Assembly: GCA_963727445.1 (NCBI GenBank)
Contig: CAVSGI010000020.1
Location: 512,001-576,000, forward strand
Direction of reading: 5' to 3'
Length of the DNA: 64,000 nt
DNA from: an uncultured delta proteobacterium
GTDB taxonomy: Bacteria > Myxococcota_A > Polyangia > Polyangiales > B10-G4
This document shows, piece by piece, positions 29,261 to 42,219 of this stretch (its first letter is position 1; every line of letters begins with the position of its first letter). The position numbers and the translations under genes were made by a program. The notes beneath the pieces are model-generated. The model had not been told where the DNA came from and searched no databases. It was given only the letters and a program-made list of their open reading frames with translations.

Positions 29261-30394
29261 TCAGAACGCGAAGAAGTCGGCGAGGGGCGTCGCGTCCACC
29301 GCGGATCCGAGTCGATCGAGGCCGAGACCGTCCTCGATGGTGGCGAGGAGCGAGCTGTGGTCGGCGCGGATGGTGCTGACGTACCCGTCGTGTGCGCCGT
29401 AGGGCGAGAGCACGATGAGCGCGACGGGGTCGTCGGCCGCGAGCACACCCGATAGATCGTCCTCGTCCCAGACGATGACGAGCAGACCGCCGTCGGTGAA
29501 GGCGGGTGAGGCGAGGATGGGCGGAACGTTCTCCGAGAGCCACGCGTCGCCGTTGGCCAGGTTGCCGCTGCCGCCGGTGATGGGGTCGTGCATGTCGTTC
29601 ACCAGGTTCGGCGCGATGAAGGAGAAGGTGGGCGGGTCTGCGGCCAGGTCGTCGGCGAACGCGTCATAGTCGACGATGTGGTCGGCGCAGCGCGCGGGAT
29701 CGCTCTGTACGTCGTCGTAGTAGAGGAAAGGAACGTGTCGCGGCACGTAGTCGCCGTGGCTCGTCATGCCGCAGGGCGCGCCCATGTCTTCGCCGTAGTC
29801 CTTCCAGGTCGCGCCGGCGTCCTCGAGCTGGTTGCCGAGATGGGTGACGGACTGTGGGCAGCCGCAGTTGTGCAGGACCGCGTTGCAGTTGAAGGTGCCG
29901 CACTCACTGCCCATGGGCTCGCAGTCACAGCCGATGTCGCCGACGTCGGCCCCGGAGGTCATCGCGATGTAGTTGGGCAGGCTCGGGTGCGCCACGCCGT
30001 GGTACGCGGACGACGAGGCCCAGTCGGCGAAGAGAGAGTCGATGTAGGGCGTGTTGGTCGCGTCCAGCAGCGTCGACAGCGACGTGTTCTCCATCACGAT
30101 GACGAAGACGTGCGAGAAGCGCGGGATCCCGCTCGGCGTGAGGCAGGCCGGGACGCCGTTGGCCGTGCCGCAGGTCGTCCCCGTCGGACACCCCCCGCAG
30201 GGATCGCTCGCGCCATCGGAAGAAGAGGAGTCGGAAGGGGGCGCGTCGGGGGTGCTCATCGCGTCGGGCATCGTCGCGCCGTCGTCTCTCACGGCGCTGT
30301 CCATGGACGCATCGGGTGTTGGGAGGGTGGAGTCGTCACCACCGCAGGCGACCAGCAGTGTCAGGCCGAGAAAGACGAAATTGACGCGTCGCAT
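29261..30394 (-). CDS. phosphoesterase / acid phosphatase family lipoprotein
   Basis: HVFVIVMEN, HPSLPNYIAMTSG, RHVPF, PNLVNDMHD, IVWDE, HSSLLATIE. Confidence 0.88.
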   Translation of the reverse strand: MRRVNFVFLGLTLLVACGGDDSTLPTPDASMDSAVRDDGATMPDAMSTPDAPPSDSSSSDGASDPCGGCPTGTTCGTANGVPACLTPSGIPRFSHVFVIVMENTSLSTLLDATNTPYIDSLFADWASSSAYHGVAHPSLPNYIAMTSGADVGDIGCDCEPMGSECGTFNCNAVLHNCGCPQSVTHLGNQLEDAGATWKDYGEDMGAPCGMTSHGDYVPRHVPFLYYDDVQSDPARCADHIVDYDAFADDLAADPPTFSFIAPNLVNDMHDPITGGSGNLANGDAWLSENVPPILASPAFTDGGLLVIVWDEDDLSGVLAADDPVALIVLSPYGAHDGYVSTIRADHSSLLATIEDGLGLDRLGSAVDATPLADFFAF

Positions 30395-30466
30395 GGAAGT
30401 CTCCGGCTAGAAGCGCCAGCAACGTTCCACCCCGCGAGGTCCGCGTCAAAGCGACGCGCCCGGATG

Positions 30467-31378
30467 TCAGCCGCCGAAGCTCTGACGCGCCCACTCGGCG
30501 AGGCCGAGCACCACTTCGTCCTTCGCGCGGGGCATCACCGCGAAACGCAGGATCTCGAGGGCGAGGGGGACGTGCACCTTGCCGTCGACGCGGATCATCG
30601 GCGGCGGCGCGATCCCGCCCTCGTCGGGCGCCGACTCGGCCCAGTCGACCTTGCGGCCGAGCTCGCGGCTGACGGCGACGGCGAGGTGATCCGAGAGCGC
30701 TTGAAAGGTCATGGGTCCGACCCAGCGCAGGACGTTCGGCTGATCGGTGAAGAGCGCGGCCTCCGCGGCCCGGATGCCCTTCGAGTCGGGGGTGATGGTG
30801 GGGCCGCCGGCGTGGTCGATCGCCTCGCGCAGCCGCGCGAAAGGCGCGCCGGGATTTCTCCCCCAGACGTCGCCCGTGACCTGCACCAGCTCTTCCTCGA
30901 CCTTCTCCGCGAGCGGCGTGACCACGGTGCGTGCCGCGAAGACCGACCGCGGCTCGTCGATGGCCGTCTCACCGAAGAGGCCCGCCTCGTGCCGCACGTG
31001 CCCGAGCGATGCGCGCGTCTGCGGGTCTTTGCCGCCCGTGCGCGACAGCCCGAAGGCGCGCACCGCCGCTTCGATCCCCGTGATGTCGCAGAACGAGAAG
31101 AAGCGCAGACCCGTGAGCGCGCTCGGCGTCTCCCTCAGGTCCTCGGCGCTCCGCGAGAGCTCCCCGAGGAGCGAGCCCTCCACCCGCCGCTGTAGCGCGT
31201 CGAAGAGCGCCTTCGCGCCCCCCGGGTCGCGCCAGCAGGCAAAGACCAGCTCTGCGCCCGCATCGGTCGCCACCGGTAAGACGCGGGTGTGCACCGCCTC
31301 GCGCGGCGCGTCCGCCGGTACCGGTGGCAGCTGCGCGAGCAGCTCGCCGAGCGGCCCACCGATCCCGTCCTCACTCAC
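30467..31378 (-). CDS. hypothetical protein
   Basis: 303-aa ORF with coding-like codon bias; start overlaps the upstream stop. Confidence 0.7.
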   Translation of the reverse strand: MSEDGIGGPLGELLAQLPPVPADAPREAVHTRVLPVATDAGAELVFACWRDPGGAKALFDALQRRVEGSLLGELSRSAEDLRETPSALTGLRFFSFCDITGIEAAVRAFGLSRTGGKDPQTRASLGHVRHEAGLFGETAIDEPRSVFAARTVVTPLAEKVEEELVQVTGDVWGRNPGAPFARLREAIDHAGGPTITPDSKGIRAAEAALFTDQPNVLRWVGPMTFQALSDHLAVAVSRELGRKVDWAESAPDEGGIAPPPMIRVDGKVHVPLALEILRFAVMPRAKDEVVLGLAEWARQSFGG

Positions 31379-32244
31379 GACGCCTCCATCTCGGTGAGCA
31401 TCGCCCGATACCCCTCACGGTACGTGGGAAACGCATGCACGTAGCCGAGACGCGCGAGGAGCGCGCTCGAGCAGCGCTTGTTCGAGCGCGCGCGGCGTCC
31501 CACCGCCGCCGGCGCCTCCTGCTCTTCTTCCGGCGGCTCGGCCACACCGAGCTCCTTCGCCAGGAAGCGCTGCACTTCGCCGAGCGCCGCCGGCTCCCGG
31601 TCGACGCCGATCACCCGCGGCGGCGGCGCGTCCATCGTCGCGAGGAGCGCGAGCACCCCCGCGCAATCGTCACGGTGGATCCGGTTCGTCCACACGACTT
31701 CGCGCGGGGTCCGCGCTTCACCCATCTTCACTCGATCGATCATGCGCGTGCGACCCGGTCCGTAGATCCCGGCGAGGCGCACGGCCACCGAAGTGACACC
31801 ACTGGCTGCGATCGAGGCCTCGCCTTCGAGCATGCGCTTGCCCGAATGATGCGATGGCGCGGTCTCGGACGACTCGTCCACCCACGCGCCGCCGCTCTGT
31901 GCATAGACGCCCGTGCTCGTCGTCAGGATCACGCGCCCGAGCGGGTCTCCTCGCTCGCGCAGGAAGCGAAGCAACGTCTCGGGCCCTTTCACGTAGGCCT
32001 CCACGTAGCGGGCGTCGTCGCCGCCACCCGGCGAGGCCGCGAGGATCACGTCGGTGATCCCGTCAGGGATCACGCCAAGCGACGCGGCATCACAGAGATC
32101 GGCGCCGACCCCTCGCACGTCTGCCGGAAGCGCGCTCGCATCGCGCCGGAGGCCGATGACTTGCAGCCCTTCATCCGAGAGCCGCCGCGCCAGCGCCACG
32201 CCGACGTAGCCGCACCCAGCGATGAGGAAGCGGCGCTCGCTCAC
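31375..32244 (-). CDS. NAD-dependent epimerase/SDR (YeeZ-like)
   Basis: LIAGCGYVG, TSTGVY, RLAGIYGPGR, NRIHRDD; GTG start overlaps the upstream TGA. Confidence 0.88.
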   Translation of the reverse strand: MSERRFLIAGCGYVGVALARRLSDEGLQVIGLRRDASALPADVRGVGADLCDAASLGVIPDGITDVILAASPGGGDDARYVEAYVKGPETLLRFLRERGDPLGRVILTTSTGVYAQSGGAWVDESSETAPSHHSGKRMLEGEASIAASGVTSVAVRLAGIYGPGRTRMIDRVKMGEARTPREVVWTNRIHRDDCAGVLALLATMDAPPPRVIGVDREPAALGEVQRFLAKELGVAEPPEEEQEAPAAVGRRARSNKRCSSALLARLGYVHAFPTYREGYRAMLTEMEAS

Positions 32245-33173
32245 GCGTGCTCCGCCACCAACGCTCGGACGAAATAGACCTCGAAGTGCCGCGGGCCATG
32301 CGCACGCACCCAGGGCAAGCCATCCTCGCTCTTGGTGATCACCAGCCCCGAGCGCTCGACGAGCCCGTCCAGGATCTCGGCATCGCCTTCTGGAAAGCCG
32401 AAGCCGGGTGAGGGCGTGCTCAAGAGCAGGCGCCCATTGTTCGGCAGGCCGTCGGCCACCCCCGACAAGAACGCTGCGGGGTGATCGAGCAGATCGATCA
32501 CGTTCGCGGCGACCACCGTGCGCGCTGCGCCGCGCCGCAGCGGGAGCTGCTCGGCGTCCACCACCGCACCTTCCACCGGAGCGCCGTCGCCCTTCTTGCA
32601 CGCACCTTGCGCGCGCAGCGTCGCGCGCAGCGACAGGTCCGCCACCACCAGGCGCTTGGCGTGATGGCGCAGGTGGCGCGAGAGCGCGCCCGCACCGGGC
32701 CCCAGCTCGAGCACGGTGCCGAGACTTCGCCCGCCGAGCATGGCCAGAAGACGTACGGGAAGCGAGGGCGACTCGGTGCGCGCGAGGAAGCCGTCGAAGG
32801 TCTTCGCGTCCTGTGAGTCGCCGAAGGCGTGCGGGTGCCCTTCATCGGTGTCGCTCGGGACCCAGTCGTCACCGAAGCGAAGCGGCTCGGTGCGCGGCGC
32901 CCGCGCGGAGAAGTCCGCGATCAACTTCTGCCCGGCCTTCGTGAGGCGGCCGGCTTCGGCGAGCGACGACACCACCGCGTCGCGATAGGCCGCGATCCAC
33001 TCGTCGGGCGCGGGGACCAGGATGGGGATCCCACCGAGCACCGGGTAGTCCGCCTTGCACTTGCGGCAGCGCACCACCCCGTCCTTGGGGGACGTCTCCT
33101 TGGCAGTGGGGCGCAGCTTCCCACTGCAACCGGGCGCGGCACACCCGAGAACATCGAAGACCCAGCTTTCCAT
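32241..33173 (-). CDS. Trm112-like Zn-ribbon plus class I SAM methyltransferase
   Basis: CAAPGC..CRKC..YPVLGGIPIL at the N-terminus; VLELGPGAG, ADLS, DAEQLP. Confidence 0.75.
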   Translation of the reverse strand: MESWVFDVLGCAAPGCSGKLRPTAKETSPKDGVVRCRKCKADYPVLGGIPILVPAPDEWIAAYRDAVVSSLAEAGRLTKAGQKLIADFSARAPRTEPLRFGDDWVPSDTDEGHPHAFGDSQDAKTFDGFLARTESPSLPVRLLAMLGGRSLGTVLELGPGAGALSRHLRHHAKRLVVADLSLRATLRAQGACKKGDGAPVEGAVVDAEQLPLRRGAARTVVAANVIDLLDHPAAFLSGVADGLPNNGRLLLSTPSPGFGFPEGDAEILDGLVERSGLVITKSEDGLPWVRAHGPRHFEVYFVRALVAEHA

Positions 33174-33233
33174 CCGATGCCATATAGCACGGGAAAGTTG
33201 AATGATTCCTAAGGATTTTCCCGCAGAAGTCGC

Positions 33234-33282
33234 TTGACCGAATCCGGACTGACTCTATAAAGCGTTCAATAGTTTTTGAACG
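33234..33282 (+). promoter_or_regulatory. sigma70-like promoter and palindromic operator of the isoprenoid/menaquinone operon
   Basis: TTGACC(33234-39)-N16-TATAAA(33256-61), then inverted repeat CGTTCAA-N6-TTGAACG (33263-33282), in an AT-rich island. Confidence 0.65.
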
Positions 33283-33295
33283 ATCGGGGTCTGAC

Positions 33296-34369
33296 ATGGG
33301 GCTGTCTGCGGCGCGCGAGATCACCACGGGACGACAGGAGGCGCTCGGCCGTCTCACCCGCCTGAGCGAAGGCCAACGCCTGGATGGGCTGTCGGCCCGG
33401 CTGGCGCGGCTGATGTCCTTCCTGGAGGAGGACCTCGCCGGCTTCGAGGAGTCCTACGGCGCGGTCCGGGGCTCCGAGGACGTGGTCCAGCGGAGCGCCA
33501 CCCACCTCCTCGATCTCGGCGGCAAGCGCCTGAGGCCGCTCTGCGTGATGCTCGCGAGCCGTGTCGGATCGGGCTTCGACGATCGCGGTCGAGACCTCGC
33601 CGTCGCCGTCGAGCTGGTGCACGCCGCGACGCTCCTCCACGACGACGTGGTCGACCTCGGCGAGTCCCGCCGCGGCGCGCCCACCGCCCGCACCATCTAC
33701 GGCAACGCCGCGAGCATCTTCGCCGGTGACTGGCTCCTCATCGAAGCGCTGCGCCGCGTTCGCCGCGCGAGCGTGGGTGACACCCTCGACCAGCTCCTCG
33801 AGGTGATCGACACCATGATCGCCGCCGAGGCGCTGCAGCTCGAGTGTCGCGGTCGCCTCGACCTCGACCGCACGACCTGGCTTCGCATCGTCGAGGGCAA
33901 GACCGCGTCGCTCTTCCGCTGGGCGATGCTCGCGGGCGCCAGCGCCGGTGGCCTCCGGCCCTCCGAAGCGGCGGCGCTCGAAGCCTACGGCACCGATCTG
34001 GGCGTCGCCTTCCAGGCGGTGGACGACATCCTCGACATCGCGGGCGACGAGCAGGTCACAGGCAAGGACCTCTTCGCGGACGTGCGCGAGGGCAAGATGA
34101 CCTGGCCCCTGATCGTCGCGCTCGAGCGCGCGCCCGAGATGATCAGCGACCTGCACGAGGTCGTCTTCTCCGGCGAAGGCCAGGAAGGCCGCGCCGCGGC
34201 GTCGCGGGTCCTCGCCGCCATCGAGCGAACCGGCGCCATCGCGGATTGTCGGACTCTCGCCGAGTCGCGGGTCGCGAGCGCCGTCGCGCGCCTCGACGAG
34301 CTCCCGGACACCGAGGCGACCCGGGCCCTGGCCACGGTGGCCAGTGCCGTCGTCGAGCGCAGGAAGTGA
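33296..34369 (+). CDS. polyprenyl diphosphate synthase (IspB/HepT-like)
   Basis: GGKRLRP, LLHDDVVD..RRG, GKTASLF, FQAVDDILD, GKMTWP. Confidence 0.92.
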   Translation: MGLSAAREITTGRQEALGRLTRLSEGQRLDGLSARLARLMSFLEEDLAGFEESYGAVRGSEDVVQRSATHLLDLGGKRLRPLCVMLASRVGSGFDDRGRDLAVAVELVHAATLLHDDVVDLGESRRGAPTARTIYGNAASIFAGDWLLIEALRRVRRASVGDTLDQLLEVIDTMIAAEALQLECRGRLDLDRTTWLRIVEGKTASLFRWAMLAGASAGGLRPSEAAALEAYGTDLGVAFQAVDDILDIAGDEQVTGKDLFADVREGKMTWPLIVALERAPEMISDLHEVVFSGEGQEGRAAASRVLAAIERTGAIADCRTLAESRVASAVARLDELPDTEATRALATVASAVVERRK

Positions 34370-34377
34370 GGCGCGCC

Positions 34378-35577
34378 ATGGACGAGCAGAACAAGACGAG
34401 TCGGATCCCCGGCTTCTATCAGCGCTCGGTCGAAGAGCGCGTCTCGCTCCTCGAGTCACTCGGTCACCTCTCGCCGGACTCCACCGCACATCTGCTTCGC
34501 GGCGGTGGTCTCGACGTGACGGTGGCCGACGTGATGAGCGAAAACGTCGTCGCGACCCACGGCCTGCCTCTCTCCCTCGGGCTGAACTTCCGCATCAACG
34601 GCCGCGATTACGTGGTGCCGATGGCGGTGGAGGAGCCCTCGGTGGTGGCGGCGGCGAGCAACGCCGCGCGCCTGCTCCGCATCAGCGGCGGTTTCGTCGG
34701 CGAAGCGGACGCGCCGGTGATGACCACGCAGATCCAGCTCGACGCGGTCCCCGACGTCGAAGAGGCGCCGGCGGTGATCGAAGCTGCACGCGACGAGCTG
34801 TTGGCCCTCGCCGACGCGTCGATTCCGCGGATGGTCGCGCGGGGCGGCGGCTGCCGCGACCTCGACGTCCGGGTGCTCTGTCCCGACGAGGGAATGCTGG
34901 TGGTGCACCTCTACGTCGACGTGGGTGACGCCATGGGCGCCAACATCGTCGACACCGTCGCCGAAGCGGTCGCGCCTCGCGTGGCCGAGCTGGTGGGCGG
35001 AGAGATCGGCTTGCGGATCCTCAGCAACCTGCCGACCCGCCGCCGCGTGCGGGTGCGCGCTCGCGCCAGCGCCGAAGCGGTGGGCGGACAGGCGCTCGCG
35101 GACCGCATCGTTCGCGCGTCGCGCTTCGCCGAGCTCAATCCCTACCGCGCCGTCACCCACAACAAGGGCACGATGAACGGCGTCGACGCCGTCGCGGTCG
35201 CCCTCGGGCAGGACTTCCGCTCCATCGAAGCGGGCGCCCACGCCTGGGCGGCGCACCAGGGCACCTACCGTCCCCTGTCGGTCTGGAAACGAATCCCGGG
35301 CGGTATCGAGGGAACGCTCGAGCTTCCACTCGCGGTCGGCACCGTCGGTGGCTCCTCGCGGACGCACCGCGGCGTGCGGGTCGCCTTCGACATCCTCGGC
35401 GTGAGCTCCGCCTCCGAGCTCGCCATCGTCATGGCCTCGGTGGGCCTCGCCTCGAACCTCGCCGCCCTCAAGGCGCTGGCGGGGGAGGGGATCCAGAAGG
35501 GTCACATGCGGCTGCACGAGAGGCGCCAGCGTCTCGCGCCACCCACACACGCGCAGGAGCGGGAGGTGGGCCGATGA
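34378..35577 (+). CDS. mvaA: class II hydroxymethylglutaryl-CoA reductase
   Basis: MSENV, PMAVEEPSVVAAAS, DAMGAN, ILSN, RAVTHNKG.MNG, GTVGG, EGIQKGHM.LH. Confidence 0.93.
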   Translation: MDEQNKTSRIPGFYQRSVEERVSLLESLGHLSPDSTAHLLRGGGLDVTVADVMSENVVATHGLPLSLGLNFRINGRDYVVPMAVEEPSVVAAASNAARLLRISGGFVGEADAPVMTTQIQLDAVPDVEEAPAVIEAARDELLALADASIPRMVARGGGCRDLDVRVLCPDEGMLVVHLYVDVGDAMGANIVDTVAEAVAPRVAELVGGEIGLRILSNLPTRRRVRVRARASAEAVGGQALADRIVRASRFAELNPYRAVTHNKGTMNGVDAVAVALGQDFRSIEAGAHAWAAHQGTYRPLSVWKRIPGGIEGTLELPLAVGTVGGSSRTHRGVRVAFDILGVSSASELAIVMASVGLASNLAALKALAGEGIQKGHMRLHERRQRLAPPTHAQEREVGR

Positions 35578-36305
35578 GCGCGCCGAGCTCCATGGTCGTC
35601 GCGGACGGAAGCGGTGCCTTCTTCGATCGCATCGCCGGCCGATACGATCTCCTCAACCGGATCATCTCCCTCGGCGTCGATCAGCGCTGGCGTCGCCGCG
35701 CGGTGCGGGCGCTCTCGCTGCCCGAGGACGGGCGCGCCCTCGACCTGGCCACGGGCACGGGGGACCTCGCGATCCGGATCGCCCGGGCCCATGCGAGCGC
35801 GACAGTCGTGGGCAGCGACCCGTCGGTGGGCATGCTCGAGATCGGCCGCGACAAGGTGAAAGCGGCCGGACTCGAAGCGCGCGTCACGCTCGAGGTGGGC
35901 GACGCCCAGTCGCTGCCCTTCGAGGACGACAGCTTCGACGGAACCACCATCGCCTTCGGGATCCGCAACGTCCCCGACCGCGGCGCCGCCCTGGCCGAGA
36001 TGGCGCGGGTCACCCGCAAGGGCGGGCGCGTGGTCGTGCTCGAGCTTTCGGAGCCGCGGGGCGGGATCCTCGGACCCCTCGCCCGCTTCCACATCCATCA
36101 GGTGGTCCCACGCCTCGGCGCGCTCCTCTCGGGCGCGCGCGAGTACCACTACCTACAGCGCTCCATCGCGGCGTTCCCGCCGCCCGAGGAATTCGCCGCG
36201 CTGTGCGAAGAAAGCGGCCTCGAGATGCGTGAGGTCGCGCCGCTCACCTTCGGCGTCGCGTGTCTCTACGTCGCCGAGCCGAAGCAAGAGGGAGGTGTGA
36301 AGTGA
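35574..36305 (+). CDS. menG: demethylmenaquinone methyltransferase
   Basis: FDRIAGRYDLLNRIISLG.DQRWR, LDLATGTGD, FGIRNV, YL..SI..FP. Confidence 0.9.
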   Translation: MSAPSSMVVADGSGAFFDRIAGRYDLLNRIISLGVDQRWRRRAVRALSLPEDGRALDLATGTGDLAIRIARAHASATVVGSDPSVGMLEIGRDKVKAAGLEARVTLEVGDAQSLPFEDDSFDGTTIAFGIRNVPDRGAALAEMARVTRKGGRVVVLELSEPRGGILGPLARFHIHQVVPRLGALLSGAREYHYLQRSIAAFPPPEEFAALCEESGLEMREVAPLTFGVACLYVAEPKQEGGVK

Positions 36306-37689
36306 GCGCTCTCGCCACCGAGCTCTTCCAGAAGGCGTCGCCCGAGCTCGACAGCCCGCGCGCACTCTTCGAGGGCGCGCTCCGCCGCGTGCGCACGTCG
36401 CACGGCATCTCGGTCGTCACCATCCCCGCGCCCGCCGCCGACCCCACCCGCCTGTCGGCGCTCTCGGGCTTCGAGTCTTCAATCCTGTGGTCCTCTCCGG
36501 GGGAGGGCGAGGTCTGTGGTCTCGGCGAGGCGGCACGCATCGAGGCTTCGGGCCCCGAGCGTTTCGCGATCGTTCGCGACCGCGCGCGCGCCCTCTACGC
36601 CCGCCTGGCGAAGGCACCGGGCGCCCCCGCGCCGCGCCTCTACGGCGGCTTCGCGTTCGCGCCCGGCGCCTGCGCCCAGAGCCCGTGGCAGAGCTTCGGC
36701 GATGCGATCTTCTCACTTCCGCGGTGGACCTACGTTCGTGGCAACGCGGGGGCGACCCTCACCTTCGCGGCGAGCGCCTCTTCACTCGAAGGCGCGGGGC
36801 ACGCCGAGGCGTTGGACGAGCTCGATCGCATCGCCCTCGCGCTCGCGCATCCCGTTACCGAAGCGCCGACGCCGATCGTCCGCGCGGTCGTGCACCAGGA
36901 CGCGCGTGCCTTCGAGGAGAAGGTGCGCGAGATCGTGGGCGCGATCCGCGCGGGTCGATTCGAGAAGATCGTGGCCGCTCGCCGCTCCGAGGTCGCCCTC
37001 GAGGGTGAGATCGAGCCCGCGACAATCGCGCGTCGGCTCGCCCATCGCTTCTCGGGCTGCACCACCTTCGCGTTCCGCCGCGGGGACGCGACCTTCGTCG
37101 GCGCCACGCCCGAACGCCTGCTCACCCTTCGCGGGCGGGTGGTCCGCACCGAGGCTCTCGCCGGCACGGCGCCCGCGTCCGACCCCAACGCCGAGGCGAA
37201 CCTCCGCGCGAGCGACAAGGATCTGGAGGAACACGTGCTGGTGGTGCGCGAGGTCGAGCGTCGCCTGTCGCCGATCTCGAGCGCCATCGAGCGGCCCGAG
37301 AGACCTGCCGTGCGGCGGCTGCCGAACGTGCTGCACCTGGAGACGCCGATCACCGCGCGACTCGACCACGATCTCCACGTCCTCGACGTCGCGGCGATCC
37401 TGCACCCGACACCGGCCGTCGGCGGGGTGCCGCGCCAGGAAGCGGTCGATTGGATCGTGGACAACGAGAACGCTGCCCGCGGCTGGTACAGCGGACCGGT
37501 GGGCTGGATCGACGAGCGTGGCGACGGCGCGCTCTCGGTCGCGCTGCGCTCCGGGCTCCTCGCCCGCGACCGCGCCTATCTCTGGGCAGGCGGCGGCATC
37601 GTCCGCGATTCGCAGCCCGCGGCGGAGTACGAGGAAGCCGCGGTGAAGCTGAGCGCGCTCCTCGACGCGCTCATGGGTGGAGGGACCCT

Positions 37690-37693
<4 letters not shown>
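36302..37693 (+). CDS. menF: isochorismate synthase
   Basis: KIVAAR, GATPERL, EALAGT, KDLEEH, LHPTPAVGG, RGWYSG, LRSG, AGGGIV; operon context. Confidence 0.9.
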
Positions 37694-39449
<1,756 letters not shown>

Positions 39450-39453
<4 letters not shown>

Positions 39454-40232
39454 TCGTTCTCCTGCACGGGTTCACCGGTTCGCCCCACAGCTTCGAGACC
39501 CTCGAGCGGCTCCTCGAGCGCGATCCCCTGCCCCACCGGATCGTCGCGCCCGCGCTCCTCGGCCACGGCGCCCGCGCGCCTTTCGTGACGAGCTTCGAGG
39601 AAGAGGTGGACCGTCTCGCCGCCGTGGTGGAGCGGGAGCGCCAGGACAAAGCGGCCGTGGTGCTCGTCGGCTACTCCCTCGGCGGGCGGCTGGTCCTCGG
39701 CCTCGTCGCGCGCCATCCCGCGCTCGCCGCCACCGCCGTCGTCATCGGCGGGCATCCCGGGCTCGGGGCCGGTGAAGCGCGAGCCGCGCGCCTTCGCTCC
39801 GACGAGGCCCTGGCGAAGGAGATCGAGTCCGAGGGGATCCGCCGCTTCGTCGCACGATGGGAGGAGCTCCCGCTCTTCGCTTCGCAGCGCTCGCTTCCGG
39901 GCCCCGCCCTCGCCGCCCAGCGGGCCACTCGCCTCTCGCACGATCCGCGCGGGCTCGCGCAATCCCTGCGCACCGTGGGCCTCGGCCGCATGCCGGACCT
40001 GCGCCCCACACTCGCCAGCGCGCCCACGCGCCTGCACATGATCACCGGCAGCCTCGACGACCGCTTCACGGTCCTCGCCGCCGAGATGCGCCCCGCGGCG
40101 CACACGGTGGTGGCCGGCGTTGGTCACAACGTTCTGCTCGAGGCGCCCGAGCGCGTCGCCGAAATCGTCTGCGAGGAGGCGCGCTCGCTCAACACGGTCG
40201 CACCCGCCTCCCGTCCGGAGCTCCGTCCGTGA
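39450..40232 (+). CDS. menH: SHCHC synthase (alpha/beta hydrolase)
   Basis: [16 protein letters not shown]...PLFASQ, GHN; follows menD. Confidence 0.9.
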
Positions 40233-41134
40233 CCGCCGAGGCCCTCCCGCGGCGGGCCAGCTTCGGCGCGATCCTCCTGGCATCGCGTCCGAAGACGCTC
40301 ACCGCGGCCGTGGTCCCCGTCGCCGTGGGCACGGCCTGCGCCCACGTCGCTGGCGGCGTCCGCTTTCTTCCGGCCTTCGCGGCGCTCTTCGGCGCGATGA
40401 TGATCCAGATCGGCACCAACTTCGCGAACGACGTCTTCGACTTCGAAAAGGGAGCAGACGACGACTCTCGCGTCGGGCCGACCCGCGCCGTGGCCGCCGG
40501 GCTGCTCAGCCCCGCGCAGATGAAGGTGGCGATGGTGGCGGCTTTCGGGGCGGCCACTCTCGCCGGCCTGTACCTGGTCGCGGTCGGCGGCTGGCCCATC
40601 GTCGTCGTGGGCCTGCTCTCGATCGCCTCGGGCGTCGCCTACACCGGTGGCCCCTTTCCCCTCGGCTACCACGGGCTGGGCGATCTCTTCGTGATGATCT
40701 TCTTCGGCTTCGTCGCGGTGATGGGGACCACCTGGGTCCAGGTCCACGCGCTCACCACGCTGTCGCTCATGGCGTCGGTGCCGATCGGCGCGCTGGCGAC
40801 CGCCATCCTGGTGGTGAACAATCTCAGGGATCGGCAGACCGACACCGTTGCCGGCAAGCGCACCCTGGCGGTGCGCTTCGGTCGCCTCTTCGCGATCGGA
40901 GAGTACGCGGCGCTCTCGTCCATGGCCTACGCCACCCCGATCTTTCTCTATGCCACCGGCATGGCGGGGTGGCCGGTGCTCGCGCCCCTGATGACCCTGC
41001 CCCTCGCCCTCATGTATCTTCGACGTCTGGGGCGTCTTTCCGGAGCGGCGCTCAATCCGCTCCTCGGCGCCACCGCCAAGCTCCTTCTCCTCTACGGGCT
41101 CCTCTTCACCCTGGGGCTCTCGCTGCCACCATGA
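40229..41134 (+). CDS. menA: DHNA polyprenyltransferase
   Basis: [58 protein letters not shown]. Confidence 0.95.
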   Translation: MTAEALPRRASFGAILLASRPKTLTAAVVPVAVGTACAHVAGGVRFLPAFAALFGAMMIQIGTNFANDVFDFEKGADDDSRVGPTRAVAAGLLSPAQMKVAMVAAFGAATLAGLYLVAVGGWPIVVVGLLSIASGVAYTGGPFPLGYHGLGDLFVMIFFGFVAVMGTTWVQVHALTTLSLMASVPIGALATAILVVNNLRDRQTDTVAGKRTLAVRFGRLFAIGEYAALSSMAYATPIFLYATGMAGWPVLAPLMTLPLALMYLRRLGRLSGAALNPLLGATAKLLLLYGLLFTLGLSLPP

Positions 41135-42219
41135 AGATCAGTCGCTCCACCGTCTCCACCGTGAAGGGCTCGATGCCCAACCCCGGTGGAAACGCGCGAG
41201 CGATGTGGACCGAGCGGCGCGGCTTACTGCTGCGCCTGATGGACGACGACGGGCGGGTGGGCCACGGCGAAGCGTCGCCTCTGCCCGGCTATTCGCCCGA
41301 CGACATCGACGCCGCGCGCGCCGTCCTGGGGAAGCGACCCTGGGAGGTGCTACCGGAGATCGACGAGGAGGCACCGCTCGGCGCGCAGCTCGGCCACGTG
41401 CTCGGGAACATCGACGCGCGGGTGCCGTCGGCGCGTTTCGCGGTGGAGACCGCGATCCTCGACCTGGTGGCGCAGCGCAAGAAGCGACCGCTCTGGACGC
41501 TCTTGACCGACTCGGACACCGCGAAGCCCGTGCCCCTGGTCGTGACCCTCACCGCCGCCGACGCGCGCGACATCCTGCCGGCGGCACGCGCGGCCCACGC
41601 CCGCGGCATCGACACCCTCAAGCTCAAGGTCGGCCGCCCGGACCGCTTCGCCGAGGAGCTGGATTCGATCCGGGTGCTGCAGCGCGAGCTGGAGATGACG
41701 ATCCGCGTGGACGCCAACGGGACCTTCGAGGCGCGTGAGCTCCCGAAGCGTCTGGACAAGCTCGCGTCGGTGGGCGTGAGCCTCTGCGAGGAGCCGAGCA
41801 CCTTCGACGCGGTGATCAGACTCAAGAAGACGCCGCTGCCGCTGGCCTTCGACGAGAGCCTGATCGGACCGGAGGGGGATGCGCGCCTGTCGAGCCTCGG
41901 CAATCGGGGCCTTCTCGGGGCGGTGGTGCTCAAGCCGATGACCCTCGGAGGGCTCTTGCGCGCGCGGGAGCTCGCACGCCGGGCGCGCGCGGCGGGGGCG
42001 CCGGCGATTGTGAGCCACACCCTCGACGGACCGATTGCGCTCACGGCCGCGGCGGCGCTGGCGGTCACCCTTCCCGAGCCGCGCCTCGCCGCGGGGTTGG
42101 GGCGTCACCCCGGCCTCGGCGCCTGGCCGGAGGTCGAGCTTCCGGCTCTGGGCAAGCGCACCGTCCTGCCGGTGGACGGCGAGGGGTTGGGTCTGTCGTA
42201 CGGCGTTGATTGGGGATGA
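41131..42219 (+). CDS. menC: o-succinylbenzoate synthase
   Basis: [29 protein letters not shown] enolase-superfamily motifs; operon context. Confidence 0.88.
   Translation: MKISRSTVSTVKGSMPNPGGNARAMWTERRGLLLRLMDDDGRVGHGEASPLPGYSPDDIDAARAVLGKRPWEVLPEIDEEAPLGAQLGHVLGNIDARVPSARFAVETAILDLVAQRKKRPLWTLLTDSDTAKPVPLVVTLTAADARDILPAARAAHARGIDTLKLKVGRPDRFAEELDSIRVLQRELEMTIRVDANGTFEARELPKRLDKLASVGVSLCEEPSTFDAVIRLKKTPLPLAFDESLIGPEGDARLSSLGNRGLLGAVVLKPMTLGGLLRARELARRARAAGAPAIVSHTLDGPIALTAAAALAVTLPEPRLAAGLGRHPGLGAWPEVELPALGKRTVLPVDGEGLGLSYGVDWG

Noticed and set aside
33844..34377. Long N-terminal extensions on mvaA, menD, menA, menC, the DUF1552 gene and the ligase in the ORF track
   Set aside because: They overlap upstream genes in another frame; better starts lie at or just after the upstream stop codons.
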